A DNA stretch of 64,000 nt from Ignavibacteriales bacterium (lineage in GTDB: Bacteria; Bacteroidota; Ignavibacteria; UBA10030; SZUA-254). The notes under the pieces were generated by a model. The model had not been told where the DNA came from, ran no database searches, and saw only the letters and a program-made list of their open reading frames with translations. How positions within the stretch are numbered: position 1 is the first letter of the stretch; each line of letters opens with the position of its first letter. A program made the translations under genes and the position numbers. Shown piece after piece: positions 48,809 through 59,300 of the stretch. Where the stretch lies: positions 4,001 to 68,000 of the forward strand of contig JACRFD010000073.1 of NCBI GenBank assembly GCA_016218025.1, in the 5' to 3' direction.

Positions 48809-48904
48809 TTTCCCTTAAATATAGCGGCATTTTGGAGAATTTCCAAAGAAAAGATTGATGAAAAAATGTAAATGAATTAAAATATGTTGGAAACCGATAG
48901 AAAA

Positions 48905-50452
48905 TTATGTTGGGATTTTATGATCTAAAACATCCCGGACATTTTTTATAATCTCTTCAACATTACACGGTTTTCTAACAACTGCGTCAAAACCAGCTTT
49001 CTGTACTCTTTCATCAAGGTCTGGAGCAATATATCCGGTGGAGCATACGATTTTCAGGTTTGGCTTTTTGTTTTTCATGATCTCACAGGTTCGGAACCCA
49101 TCGATTTTTGGTAAACCAATATCTGCAATTACCAATGCAATTTCATTCTCAAATTTATTGAATAAATTAAGAGCTTCATTGCCATCACGGGCGGTTATAA
49201 CAGTATAGCCATTATCAATAAGTGCGTCGCGCAACAAAATAGCAAGAGATATTTCATCCTCAACTATTAATATCGTTTCAGTTCCGTGCATTAACAAATC
49301 GTTGGTTTCAGGAAAGATATTAAGAGTAATCTCAGGAGCATGATTTAATGGAAAGAAAAGCCGGAAAGTTGTACCTTCACCCTGTTGACTGCTGACGTCG
49401 ATATGACCGTTATGTTCATTAATAATTTTTTTAACGATTGCCAATCCTAATCCAGTGCCATGCTCAACGCTTTTTGTGGTAAAGAATGGATCGAAGATAT
49501 TTTTTTGAAGCTCATCTTTGATGCCCATACCGGTATCGGAAATTGTAACAACTGCATAATCAGAGTCTGATAAATTCGGTAATATTAATTGAAGTTGGTG
49601 GGCTTCTATTTTTCGTGTGCTAATAATAATTTTTCCTCCTTCGGGCATTGCGTCTCTTGCATTTACACAAATGTTTATAAAAGCTTGCTGCAATTGATTG
49701 GGGTTGCCATAAATTTGGGGAGAATTTTTATCCAAGCTGAGTGAACATGAAATAATACGTGGGAATGTTTCGTCGATAAGGCGTTTTAATCCTTCGCATA
49801 ATGGATTAAGCGGAATTAATTTAAAGGATGATTCTGATTTTCTTGCGAAAGAAAGTACCATTTTCGTAATCACCATTCCGCGTTCAACCGCATGGAGGGT
49901 TGTTTCTATTCCTTTACGGAATCGTTCATCGTCATCACGATGTTGATCAAGGCGGGAGACATATCCGAGGATGATTCCGAGAATGTTATTGAAGTCATGA
50001 GCGATACCGCTTGTGAGAGTACCAAGGCTCTCCATTTTTTGTGCTTGAAGAAGCAATTGTTCAATCTGTTTTTGTTTTGTAATATCTCTGGAAATTATCA
50101 TGAGTAAATTATTTGATTCCGTACTGTCGGGCAGAGAAAAACAAACAGAGTTCATGAAACGGTCTGGAGTTTGCGGTGTGCTTAAACGGAAACTGAATCT
50201 CTTTTCTTTTTTTGATAAATGGACGGTATTAATAACATCCCGCACATAATCACGATTCTCCGGATGAACTAAATTAAACCAATTGCTACCAATCATACAC
50301 TCATGATTGAATGTATTATCGGTAATGAATCGATTAGTTTTAATGCATATACCCTTAGAGTCTATGATTATGACATGGTCGTCTAAGTAATCGTGTGCAG
50401 TCATTAAGAATGTGAGTGCTTCATGCTGATTCAGATTTGCGGGATGTTCCAC
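48905..50452 (-). CDS. Hybrid sensor histidine kinase/response regulator (PAS-HisKA-HATPase-REC), no TM segment
   Basis: H-box GIAHDFNNILG. N/G boxes NARDAM and GTGLGLAIV. Receiver ILIVEDE...VIADIGLPKIDG...K. Confidence 0.9.
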   Translation of the reverse strand: MEHPANLNQHEALTFLMTAHDYLDDHVIIIDSKGICIKTNRFITDNTFNHECMIGSNWFNLVHPENRDYVRDVINTVHLSKKEKRFSFRLSTPQTPDRFMNSVCFSLPDSTESNNLLMIISRDITKQKQIEQLLLQAQKMESLGTLTSGIAHDFNNILGIILGYVSRLDQHRDDDERFRKGIETTLHAVERGMVITKMVLSFARKSESSFKLIPLNPLCEGLKRLIDETFPRIISCSLSLDKNSPQIYGNPNQLQQAFINICVNARDAMPEGGKIIISTRKIEAHQLQLILPNLSDSDYAVVTISDTGMGIKDELQKNIFDPFFTTKSVEHGTGLGLAIVKKIINEHNGHIDVSSQQGEGTTFRLFFPLNHAPEITLNIFPETNDLLMHGTETILIVEDEISLAILLRDALIDNGYTVITARDGNEALNLFNKFENEIALVIADIGLPKIDGFRTCEIMKNKKPNLKIVCSTGYIAPDLDERVQKAGFDAVVRKPCNVEEIIKNVRDVLDHKIPT

Positions 50453-50509
50453 GGTTCACCTTGAATATTTTTAGTAATACTTTTTATTATCAATACGTAT
50501 TGTTTAATT

Positions 50510-50770
50510 TTAATAACGCACAGGCGGTGGCGGCGGGGGTTCTGAAGGATTTTGAGCGCTGCTTGTGTCACTTATTGTGGTTGTTGTACTAACCGGTTGA
50601 GTTGATTGCGTAGTGAATAAAACATCGTACAATTGCTGCAGTAACCCGACGAACGATCCGCTATCTCCCGTGGAAGCGTTGACAGAGGAGGTCAAAGTTA
50701 GAAACAAAATGATTGTCGCTATGAGCGGAAAAAAAAACGAGTTCTTTTTGGAATTCTGATATTGTTGCAT
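50510..50770 (-). CDS. Small secreted Ser/Thr/Pro-rich protein (start taken at M14 of the track ORF)
   Basis: Signal peptide FFFPLIATIILFLTLTSSVNA followed by a T/S-rich tract and a C-terminal PPPPPPVRY. Confidence 0.4.
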   Translation of the reverse strand: MQQYQNSKKNSFFFPLIATIILFLTLTSSVNASTGDSGSFVGLLQQLYDVLFTTQSTQPVSTTTTISDTSSAQNPSEPPPPPPVRY

Positions 50771-50953
50771 GATTTGATCCTTGATGAAATTTATGAATAG
50801 TGATTTCATCGCAATCTATGCAGAAATTATTTAAATAGCAAATTTATTACCACAGAGAAAAGTAAAATAATTGGGTAAGGAATTGCTATTTTAAATAAAT
50901 ATGCTTGTTCAATAATAAATAATTATTTATCTTCAATTATTATTCAAGGTTCA

Positions 50954-52078
50954 ATGCTTAAAATCGAGAAAAACATATTATTTCTTTGGATTGCGGTTAT
51001 TGTATTTATCCGTATTACCCTTTTTTTCCCTCATAGGTATCTGGATGGGATCAGAGTTATGAATACCGTAACTCATTTACTTCTTCTAATATTCGTCGTC
51101 ATGTCTGCTATTAGAAATAAATCAAATGGTCGATTTATTTACATCAATTTTTCAATCTTCTTCGGGTCTATAATTTTACTTTATGGAAGTTCTTTTATGG
51201 GGTTATCGATATTCAAATCGAATCATTATATCCCTTTTTACTATCACTTCTTTGTCAGTTACATCTTCCAAGGATTTTTGGCTTCATTCATGGTGATTTA
51301 TATTGTCATAGATTATATGAGTATAAACAGTTCTCCTTGGAAAAAATATAGCAGTTCAATCATGCTTTCACTTGGTTTAATTATGGTTTTTTTCTCTCCT
51401 TATTGGTATAATCCAATGCATATTTCCAGCGAACCGAGTTACATCTCATATAAAAATCTGAATAATGAATGGCAGAAATATTATTCGCAAGAAGGCAAAT
51501 ATCCAACAAGTAGCGAATTAGTTCAGATCATACAAAATAATTCTCAGTTGTCAGCTTCGGTTAAAACGGACATTTTGCAAAACATAAATGAATGGGATGA
51601 ATTATTACATTCCAATAATCCCACAGCAGTGTTCTGGGCACCGCTGAATAAAATAATGATGTATCTGAATCTATTTATAGTGGGGATTATTATTTTTTTA
51701 CTATCGATTATGTTTTATTATGATAAACCTTATTATCCTTATATTGATAAGTTGATGACCGCTTTTGCTATATTTTTTGTTCTCGAAGCTTTTCATTCAT
51801 ACGCAGCGTCGAATGTTTTATTTATTAAATCATATCGTGAAATGGTTACAATTGGTCAATATTTTACAGTCGGAATTTTACTTGCATTTATTTATTTATA
51901 TCATCTTAATCTGCGATTTATTATTTCTCCAGTGGCATTCTATTATCAAGAAACAATAAAAATTTCTCCACAAAAAGTTACAAGATGGAGAGATGAGATT
52001 GACACATTTGTTTTAAAATATTTTAACAATAAAATCGGTTGGGGGAAAAGAATCGCACAAACCGATAATATTCAATGA
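50954..52078 (+). CDS. Polytopic membrane protein of unknown function
   Basis: 374 aa with about 8-9 hydrophobic helices split by a soluble loop of about 70 aa. Its stop overlaps the next gene's ATG (ATGA at 52075-52078). Confidence 0.6.
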   Translation: MLKIEKNILFLWIAVIVFIRITLFFPHRYLDGIRVMNTVTHLLLLIFVVMSAIRNKSNGRFIYINFSIFFGSIILLYGSSFMGLSIFKSNHYIPFYYHFFVSYIFQGFLASFMVIYIVIDYMSINSSPWKKYSSSIMLSLGLIMVFFSPYWYNPMHISSEPSYISYKNLNNEWQKYYSQEGKYPTSSELVQIIQNNSQLSASVKTDILQNINEWDELLHSNNPTAVFWAPLNKIMMYLNLFIVGIIIFLLSIMFYYDKPYYPYIDKLMTAFAIFFVLEAFHSYAASNVLFIKSYREMVTIGQYFTVGILLAFIYLYHLNLRFIISPVAFYYQETIKISPQKVTRWRDEIDTFVLKYFNNKIGWGKRIAQTDNIQ

Positions 52079-52998
52079 AAGGGACGTTTATGAGTAAAAA
52101 AGAAACAGCAATTCCGGAATCGATATTCATAGGGCAGAGTTCTGTCGCAAAGCAACTCAGAGCATCGATTTCTAAAATCAGTCAGACATCAAAAAATCTC
52201 TTAATAGCCGGAGAGAGGGGGGTTGGAAAATATACCCTTGCCCAGGCGTTGCATCAATCTGATGGCACCAAAGAATCGATAAAAGTTATTACACCGATCA
52301 CTATTGATGAGTCGGAAATCAAGTTATTGACCGAAAAAGGATCCCCAAGCAGCTTAACTCTTGTGATTCGCGATATCGAAGAATTTTCATTTTTGCACCA
52401 AGTATTGTTGTATAAAATGTTTCAGAGTTTAAGCAAACAAAAAAATATTCGCTTAGGGGTAACTTCAAAAGAAAAGATTAGTGAACTGAAAAAAAATAGA
52501 AAAGTAAAAGATGAACTTGTACAGCTTATGGATAGTTTTGAGCAAGTAACAATTCCGCCATTGAATAACCGGCGGGACGACATTCCGCCGCTCATCGAAC
52601 ATTTTATTGTTCAGGCATGCAATACTTTAAATGTGAATCTGAAAAGCCTGGATATCAATACAATGGATGTTTTAGCCAGAAGAATTTGGCGTGATAACGC
52701 AAGGGAATTAAAGGATGTTATTGAACATGCCGTATTGAATTCAAAAGATGATGTGGTGGACATACCGGCTTCACTTTTAGATGCACATTCTCAAGTAGAC
52801 GGAATATTGTTAAAGATAGATGATGCTAAGCCGTTTGCTTTCGATCAGGCTCTTGGAAATCTGGAAAAAATTTTGATTGAAAGAATTTTAAACAGAGTAG
52901 GTGGTAATCAAACAAAATCTGCCGAAATAATCGGTATCTCCGGTCCAAATTTCAGATATCGTCTCCGAAAATATCGTATTACCCGAAAAGGTAGATAA
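52075..52998 (+). CDS. Degenerate sigma54-activator-like AAA+ protein with a Fis-type HTH (no receiver, no GAFTGA)
   Basis: Walker A-like GERGVGKY. LVIRDIEE stands in place of LFLDEI. The GAFTGA loop region is deleted. WRDNARELKD corresponds to WPGNVRELEN. C-terminal GGNQTKSAEIIGISGPNFRYRLRKY. Confidence 0.65.
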   Translation: MKGTFMSKKETAIPESIFIGQSSVAKQLRASISKISQTSKNLLIAGERGVGKYTLAQALHQSDGTKESIKVITPITIDESEIKLLTEKGSPSSLTLVIRDIEEFSFLHQVLLYKMFQSLSKQKNIRLGVTSKEKISELKKNRKVKDELVQLMDSFEQVTIPPLNNRRDDIPPLIEHFIVQACNTLNVNLKSLDINTMDVLARRIWRDNARELKDVIEHAVLNSKDDVVDIPASLLDAHSQVDGILLKIDDAKPFAFDQALGNLEKILIERILNRVGGNQTKSAEIIGISGPNFRYRLRKYRITRKGR

Positions 52999-53040
52999 CG
53001 ACGTTTTAACGATATGATACGATTAATTGCCTAATAATCA

Positions 53041-53096
53041 ATACCCCGGGATGTTTTTCACTTAAAGTATAGTCTCGAAAAACCTATCCGGGGTAT
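53041..53096 (+). terminator. Possible stem-loop after the AAA/Fis gene
   Basis: ATACCCCGG (53041-53049) pairs with CCGGGGTAT (53088-53096) and is followed by ATATTTATT. The loop of about 38 nt is long for an intrinsic terminator. Confidence 0.3.
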
Positions 53097-53357
53097 ATTT
53101 ATTCGATAATCGTTATCTCAATATCGAAAAACCATCGATTTTTGACAATAACCAAATTTCTCTTGCAATTAAGGATACTTTTTCCTACATTTTTTAAGTG
53201 TTTATTTACCGTATTTTATTTATTTACCTACTCTTATGAAAGGAGTCGTTGGTATAGGATCTTGGTAACAGGTTAAGAAGTTGATAGCAGCATTCACAAT
53301 GATTTGTGGTGCTGAATCGACAAAACGTAAACAAAATAACAGGATCGAATTCACAAC

Positions 53358-56300
53358 GTGACTCTTTTTCTAGAAAAATCACGCTCAATTTTATTGTTTC
53401 CATATCAAAAATCTATTGTTAATGGAATCGTTATAGCTTTAACGATTATCTTAACAAATGTCTCCTATTCTCAGGTACCCCCGCCGACAGTTATAAATAC
53501 AGATTCAGTAACTGTTTCAGATTCTGTAAAAAGCATTGAATTACCCGAAGCGAGAAAAGATAAGAAAAAAACAACCACAAAAATTCAAATTCCGGACTCA
53601 TTGAAGAGAATTCAGGAATGGATGAAATCTGTTGAAGATACTTCCAATTTGCCGAGTGACACATTATGGGGCGAAGATGAAAACAAGTGGCAGGAGTTTA
53701 ACGATTCCACCGCCCGGGTGAATCAATGGATTCATCATCGAAAAGATGAACCGATGGTTGAGTTTTTTCCTCGAGGAAAATATTCCTTATACCTGGATGT
53801 AAAATCACCTGCATATAAAAGAGAATTTCAAATTGATTCTTCGGGCGAACTTGTTACTATAAAAGAATCGGTAAATGGCTTAGATGTAAAAGTTCCGCTG
53901 ACAATGAGATTGTCGGAATATATTAAGAATAGAATTGAATATGAAAAGGGAAATGCCTGGCGGGTGTTAGCCCAACAATATACACTCAAACAGGGGAAAG
54001 ATGATCTTTCCGGTTTACTAAGCTCTTTCACAAATATATCTATTCCGGTACCGGCTAATCCGTTAACAAATATTTTCGGAGGGAATGAGATTAATCTCCG
54101 CATCGGTGGAAGTGTGGATATCCGTGGTGCTTTCAGAAATACCAAGTCGGATCAAACCACTATTTCTACGTTGGATCGTTCAAGGAATGAGCCGGACTTC
54201 AATCAGACAGTGCAGATAAATGTTGGAGGAACTATCGGAAAGAAGTTAAACATACTTGCCGACTGGAATACGCAGAGGACGTTTGAGTATGAAAATCAGT
54301 TAAAAATAAAATACACCGGATTTGAAGATGAAATAATTCAGAGCATTGAAGCCGGAAACGTTTCACTGCAAACACCGTCGCTCGTTGGAGGTGGTGCTGC
54401 ACTCTTCGGTATCAAAGCTAAGCTACAAGCAGGACCATTATCATTAACAACTCTCCTGTCTCAGAAAAAGGGGCAGACGAAAGAACTATCAGTTTCCGGA
54501 GGTTCCACCGCAACCGAGGGCACAATAGGTCTTCATGAATACAGCAAACGACACTTCTTTGTAGACACAATCTACAGCAAATATTTCGAACAGCTTCATA
54601 AACAATTTCCGATTGAAATCACGCCTGAGATAGATCAAAACAGAATTACTATGTTGGATGTTTGGGTTAGTAATGTAGGCACACAAGGTTTACGGGATGG
54701 GACTGTAAAAACCGGAAAAGCTTTTATAGATCTACCCTATCATGAGCATAATGAAAGGTATATATCTGCTGATACGATGAATCTGACTCGAACACCGGAT
54801 GGTTTTGCCGAGGGTAATTTCGTAAAACTAACAATTGATAAAGATTACACATTCAATCCTTACAATGGTTATATCACCATGATCTTGACTGTTAACGATG
54901 CTGACCAAGCGATTGCGGTAACTTATACCAGAGCTAATGGGCAGGAATTTGGTGGTTACATGACGGATGATGATACAACCATATACATGCGGCTTGTGAA
55001 GCCAAAATCATTATTTACAAATCCGGATTATTATCCTGCTTGGGATTTAATGCTTAAAAATATCTATCCCGTTAAAGCTACGAATTTGAAGAAAGAGGGA
55101 TTTGAACTTACCATGTGGCGTAGGACCGAAATGGCTGAACAAGACCAAATCCAGGGAAAAAGTTTATTGGAAGTTCTTGGTCTGGATAGGTTTGACGGTG
55201 ATAATTCGCCAAGACCCGATAATAAGTTTGATTTTATTGGGGATTTCACAATAGACACTAAACTGGGAGAAGTAATATTTCCGTCTCTTCGCCCATTCGA
55301 TTTATCTATTGTTCAATATTTCCGGTCTAAAAATGAATCAGTTCCTGATTCACTTCTGTTTAGCGATATCTATGATACAACCGCTGAAGCAGCTCAAAAA
55401 AATAACCTCAGGAATCGATACTTCATGAAAGTAAAAGCTGTCGGAAATCAAACAACACGATACCCATTGGGATTCAACATTGTGGAAGGAAGCGTTCAGG
55501 TGTTGCTGAACGGGAAAGTTCTAACACCAAAAATTGATTACACCGTTGATTATATAACTGGTGAGGTTAATATATTAAACAGCGATGCAATGCTACCGAA
55601 TGCGAATGTTCAGGTTAAATTTGAGCAGAATGATTTATTCCAGATTGCATCAAAAACTTTAATGGGAGTGAGGGGAGAAATTGCTACATATCCTGGAACG
55701 AATCTTGGATTTACAATTTTAAATTTGAATCAGCAGACACTCAGCGATAAAGTCAGGATTGGGGAAGAGCCGACAAACAATACAATGATTGGTGTGGATG
55801 CTTCAACATCCGCTAATCTGCCGTTCCTGACAGAAGCTTTAGATGCTTTACCTTTCTTCAGATCACGGGAAATGTCAACCATTAGATTCGGGGGTGAAGC
55901 GGCATATATGATTCCTGATCCAAACACAAAGAAAAGTACAATCACAGGTGATGGAGGGAAATCGATTGCATATATAGATGATTTCGAAGGATCGCGAAGA
56001 ACAATTCCTCTTCCGGTTATGTACACAGCATGGACGATTGCAAGTAACCCCGCAGAAACATTTTTATCAAAAACATCTTCCATTGAGGACATCTCATTTT
56101 CAAGAGCTCAATTAAGCTGGTATAACCGATTACCCACCGATGTTTTCACAGATTATATTTGGCCCAACCGAAAAACGCGGGCAGGACAAAATCAAGTTAC
56201 TGTTTTAAACCTCGATTATGATCCTAATCATCGCGGAGTATATAATTATTCCCCGAAACTTGATTCCACTTTGCATCGAAAAAACATCGGTGGTAATACC

Positions 56301-59300
56301 GGTAATTTCGATAACTATTCAGAACGCAAAAAAAATTGGAACGGTGTTATGAGATATGTCGGTTCAATTGCGGCCGGGATACTTGATCAAAATATTTCTT
56401 ATTTGGAGGTATGGGTTCAAGCGAATAGTAATAATATTGATGATATCCGTCGGGGACGTTTATTTATAGACATCGGTAGAATTTCAGAAGACGTTATTCC
56501 GAATCGGATTCTTAACAATGAAGATGCAAACTTGAACGGCGTTAGAAATACCGGTGAAGATATCGGGCTGGATATGAAAAGTGATGGTGAGGAAAGAATA
56601 GCATTTGCCGATTTCTTATCAAAAAATCTTTCTGATCCGGATGTTGACTCCACTGACCTGAGCGGGGATAATTATATTCAATATGGTAATGGAAAGGATC
56701 TAAGAAAATTCAATGGTACAGAAAAAAACGAAACTGATCCTGCTGGAATGCTGCCCAATTCAGAAGACTTAAATAATAATGGAAGTTTGGATGCAACCGA
56801 TCAGTATCTTGAATATGAACTACCATTAGATACACTCTTTTATGACTCTTCAGGTGTTCTCAGTACGAATCCATATAAAGTTGGCGGCGGGGGAGTCACA
56901 ATTGAGAATCCGGTCCCATGGTATCAATTTAGAATTCCATTGATGGAAGTTGGTAAATTGGTTGGTGGAAACGATCGACAGGCGATTCTGAGGAATGTCC
57001 AATATGTGAGGATGTGGGTATCAGGTTTTTCAGATCCCGTTTCGTTACGATTTGCAGAAATAAATTTGGTTGGCAATCAATGGGAAGAAAGAATTCAGAA
57101 CGATTCGTTGCTGAAAGCATCTGTTGTAAATATAGAAGATAATCAGCAATACTCGCAAGAGTGGTATCAACTTGGTATTCAGCGAGAAAAAGACAGAACC
57201 GATCCCAACCAGATTATTGAGGCTAATGAACAATCACTTTCACTTATTATAAAAGATCTACCGAAAGGGATATACAGGGAAGTAAAAAAAGTATTCCCCG
57301 GACGAGCGCTCGATTTATTCAATTATAAAGCAATGAAAATGTTTGTACACGGAGATCCCGGATTTGATGATATCGTACCTACCACTTATGATGCAGAGGG
57401 TGTACCTTCCGGTTACGATGCCGAGTTATATGTTCGATTTGGTTCCGATACTTTGAACTACTATGAATATCGGCAGCCTATTTACCGGGGTTGGAATGTT
57501 TCAAAGAATAATGTCGATATCAATTTTTCAGAATTGACATCGGTTAAAGCCACCAAACCCGATACTTTTAAAGGCACTTTTAGAGTGCTGGTACATCCGG
57601 GTGATCCAACGCGGACATACGGTGTTAGAGGTAATCCATCCCTCAGAAAAATTATTGAGATGAGTATCGGTATCAAAAATATTGGTAAGCCTTTGCTGAA
57701 CGGAGAAGTATGGGTAAACGAATTACGGCTTGTAGATGTTGATAATTCCCCCGGAATTGCATACCGGTTTGATACCCAACTAAAACTTGCCGATCTCGGA
57801 CAACTGAACTTTAATTACAATCAAACAGATCCGTCGTTCCACGGACTTGATCAAAGATTTGGCGACCAGACTACAAAAATTAATTGGGCAGTGAATGCGA
57901 ACGTTACTGTTGATAAATTTTTGCCACAAAGCTGGACGCAGGCAGGAACTACTATTCCGTTCTCTTACTCTCACACCGAAAATTTATTGAAACCGAAATA
58001 TTTGCCCAATACGGATATAGTAGTTGCCGAAGCTGCTAATCGTGCAGCACAAAAATCCGGAGATCCGGAAGATGCAAAAAATGTTTTAACACAATCTCAA
58101 ACGTTGAATATCAGAAATACATACGCTATTTCGAATTTGCGAATTGCCCCTCCCGTTGATGCATGGTATGTTCGCGAGACAATAAGTAAACTCGGTTTCG
58201 GTTTTAACTATAATACCAGTCGCGATCGTGATCCTTCTTTCCTGTCGAAAGAAAGCTGGTCGTGGTCTCTGCGAATGAGCTATGGAGTAAGTTTACCGGC
58301 AAATCTTTACATCCAACCTTTTAAGAAATTGTTCTCAGGACTTTTTCTGCTTGATGAATATAAAGACTGGAAGCTTTATTTTATTCCTGTAACAACAATT
58401 TCGGCTAACACCGGTGGCAACAGGTCGCGCACGCTGGAAATACCCAGGGCTGCCGGAAGTTCAGTCCGCGATACGAGAAATTTTAACGCAGGTAAAGGAT
58501 TTGGATTTGGTTGGAAATTCACCGAGGGTGGCATTGCAAATATTGCCGGTGATTACTCTGTGTCCACCGATCGAACATTAAATTATCTGGATAACGATTT
58601 CGTTGGTAGAGATGTTAGAACATTGCTAAAAAATCTGTTCTTTGGCGGAAGAGATACAAGATACGGACAGAAAGTTTCGGTAGGATTTAAACCAAAAATT
58701 CCGAACTTATTTGATATTCCAAAATACTTCGACTTAAGCGGAAACTATTCTGTGAGTTACGGATGGAGTAATTCATCTCAGAATAGTGCGATAAGTAAAG
58801 GTGCGGGCTACGATAACAACATAAGTTTGTCTCTTACTTTCAGACTCAAATCACTTACAGATCCGTGGTTTGCTTTTGATGAAAAGAAAGTACAGCCAGC
58901 CAGACCGGTAGAAACGAAACCAAAACCGGAGAAGCCGAAGGCAGACGTTCAAGGCGATTCTACAAAACAAAAAACCGAACCGCTTCCGGAAGAACCAACT
59001 ATTAGTAGTACCGAAAAATTGTTTTCTCAGGCAAAACTTATAGCCAAGTATTTTATTAAAGTTCCTTTATTAGATTTCGAGACAATCTCAATCAGTTACT
59101 CTCAAACAAACGGATCAAAACATAACGGAGTACTTGGTGCTACGGGATTTAAGAATTTTTGGGGAAGAATGCCTTTCGAAGGATCGCGAATTGATTATGG
59201 ACCTTCACGGATTTTCCAGCTTGGTTTAATTAATGATCCGCATGGAACATTAGAGTATTCACCGCGTTCTTCTTTTCCGTTCATCGGGTTTAAAGTAAAC

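Noticed and set aside
53142-53170. TTGACA at 53142-53147 as a promoter -35 box for sprA.
   Set aside because: No acceptable -10 hexamer follows at 16-18 nt spacing (GCAATT), and I found no Bacteroidota-type TAnnTTTG motif either.
53249-53268. Sigma54-type promoter upstream of sprA (TTGGTATAGGATCTTGGTAA), attractive given the neighbouring EBP-like gene.
   Set aside because: The GG-to-TTG spacing is one nucleotide longer than in the TGGCAC-N5-TTGC consensus. The -12 element reads TTGG rather than TTGC. The adjacent regulator lacks the GAFTGA loop needed to act on sigma54.
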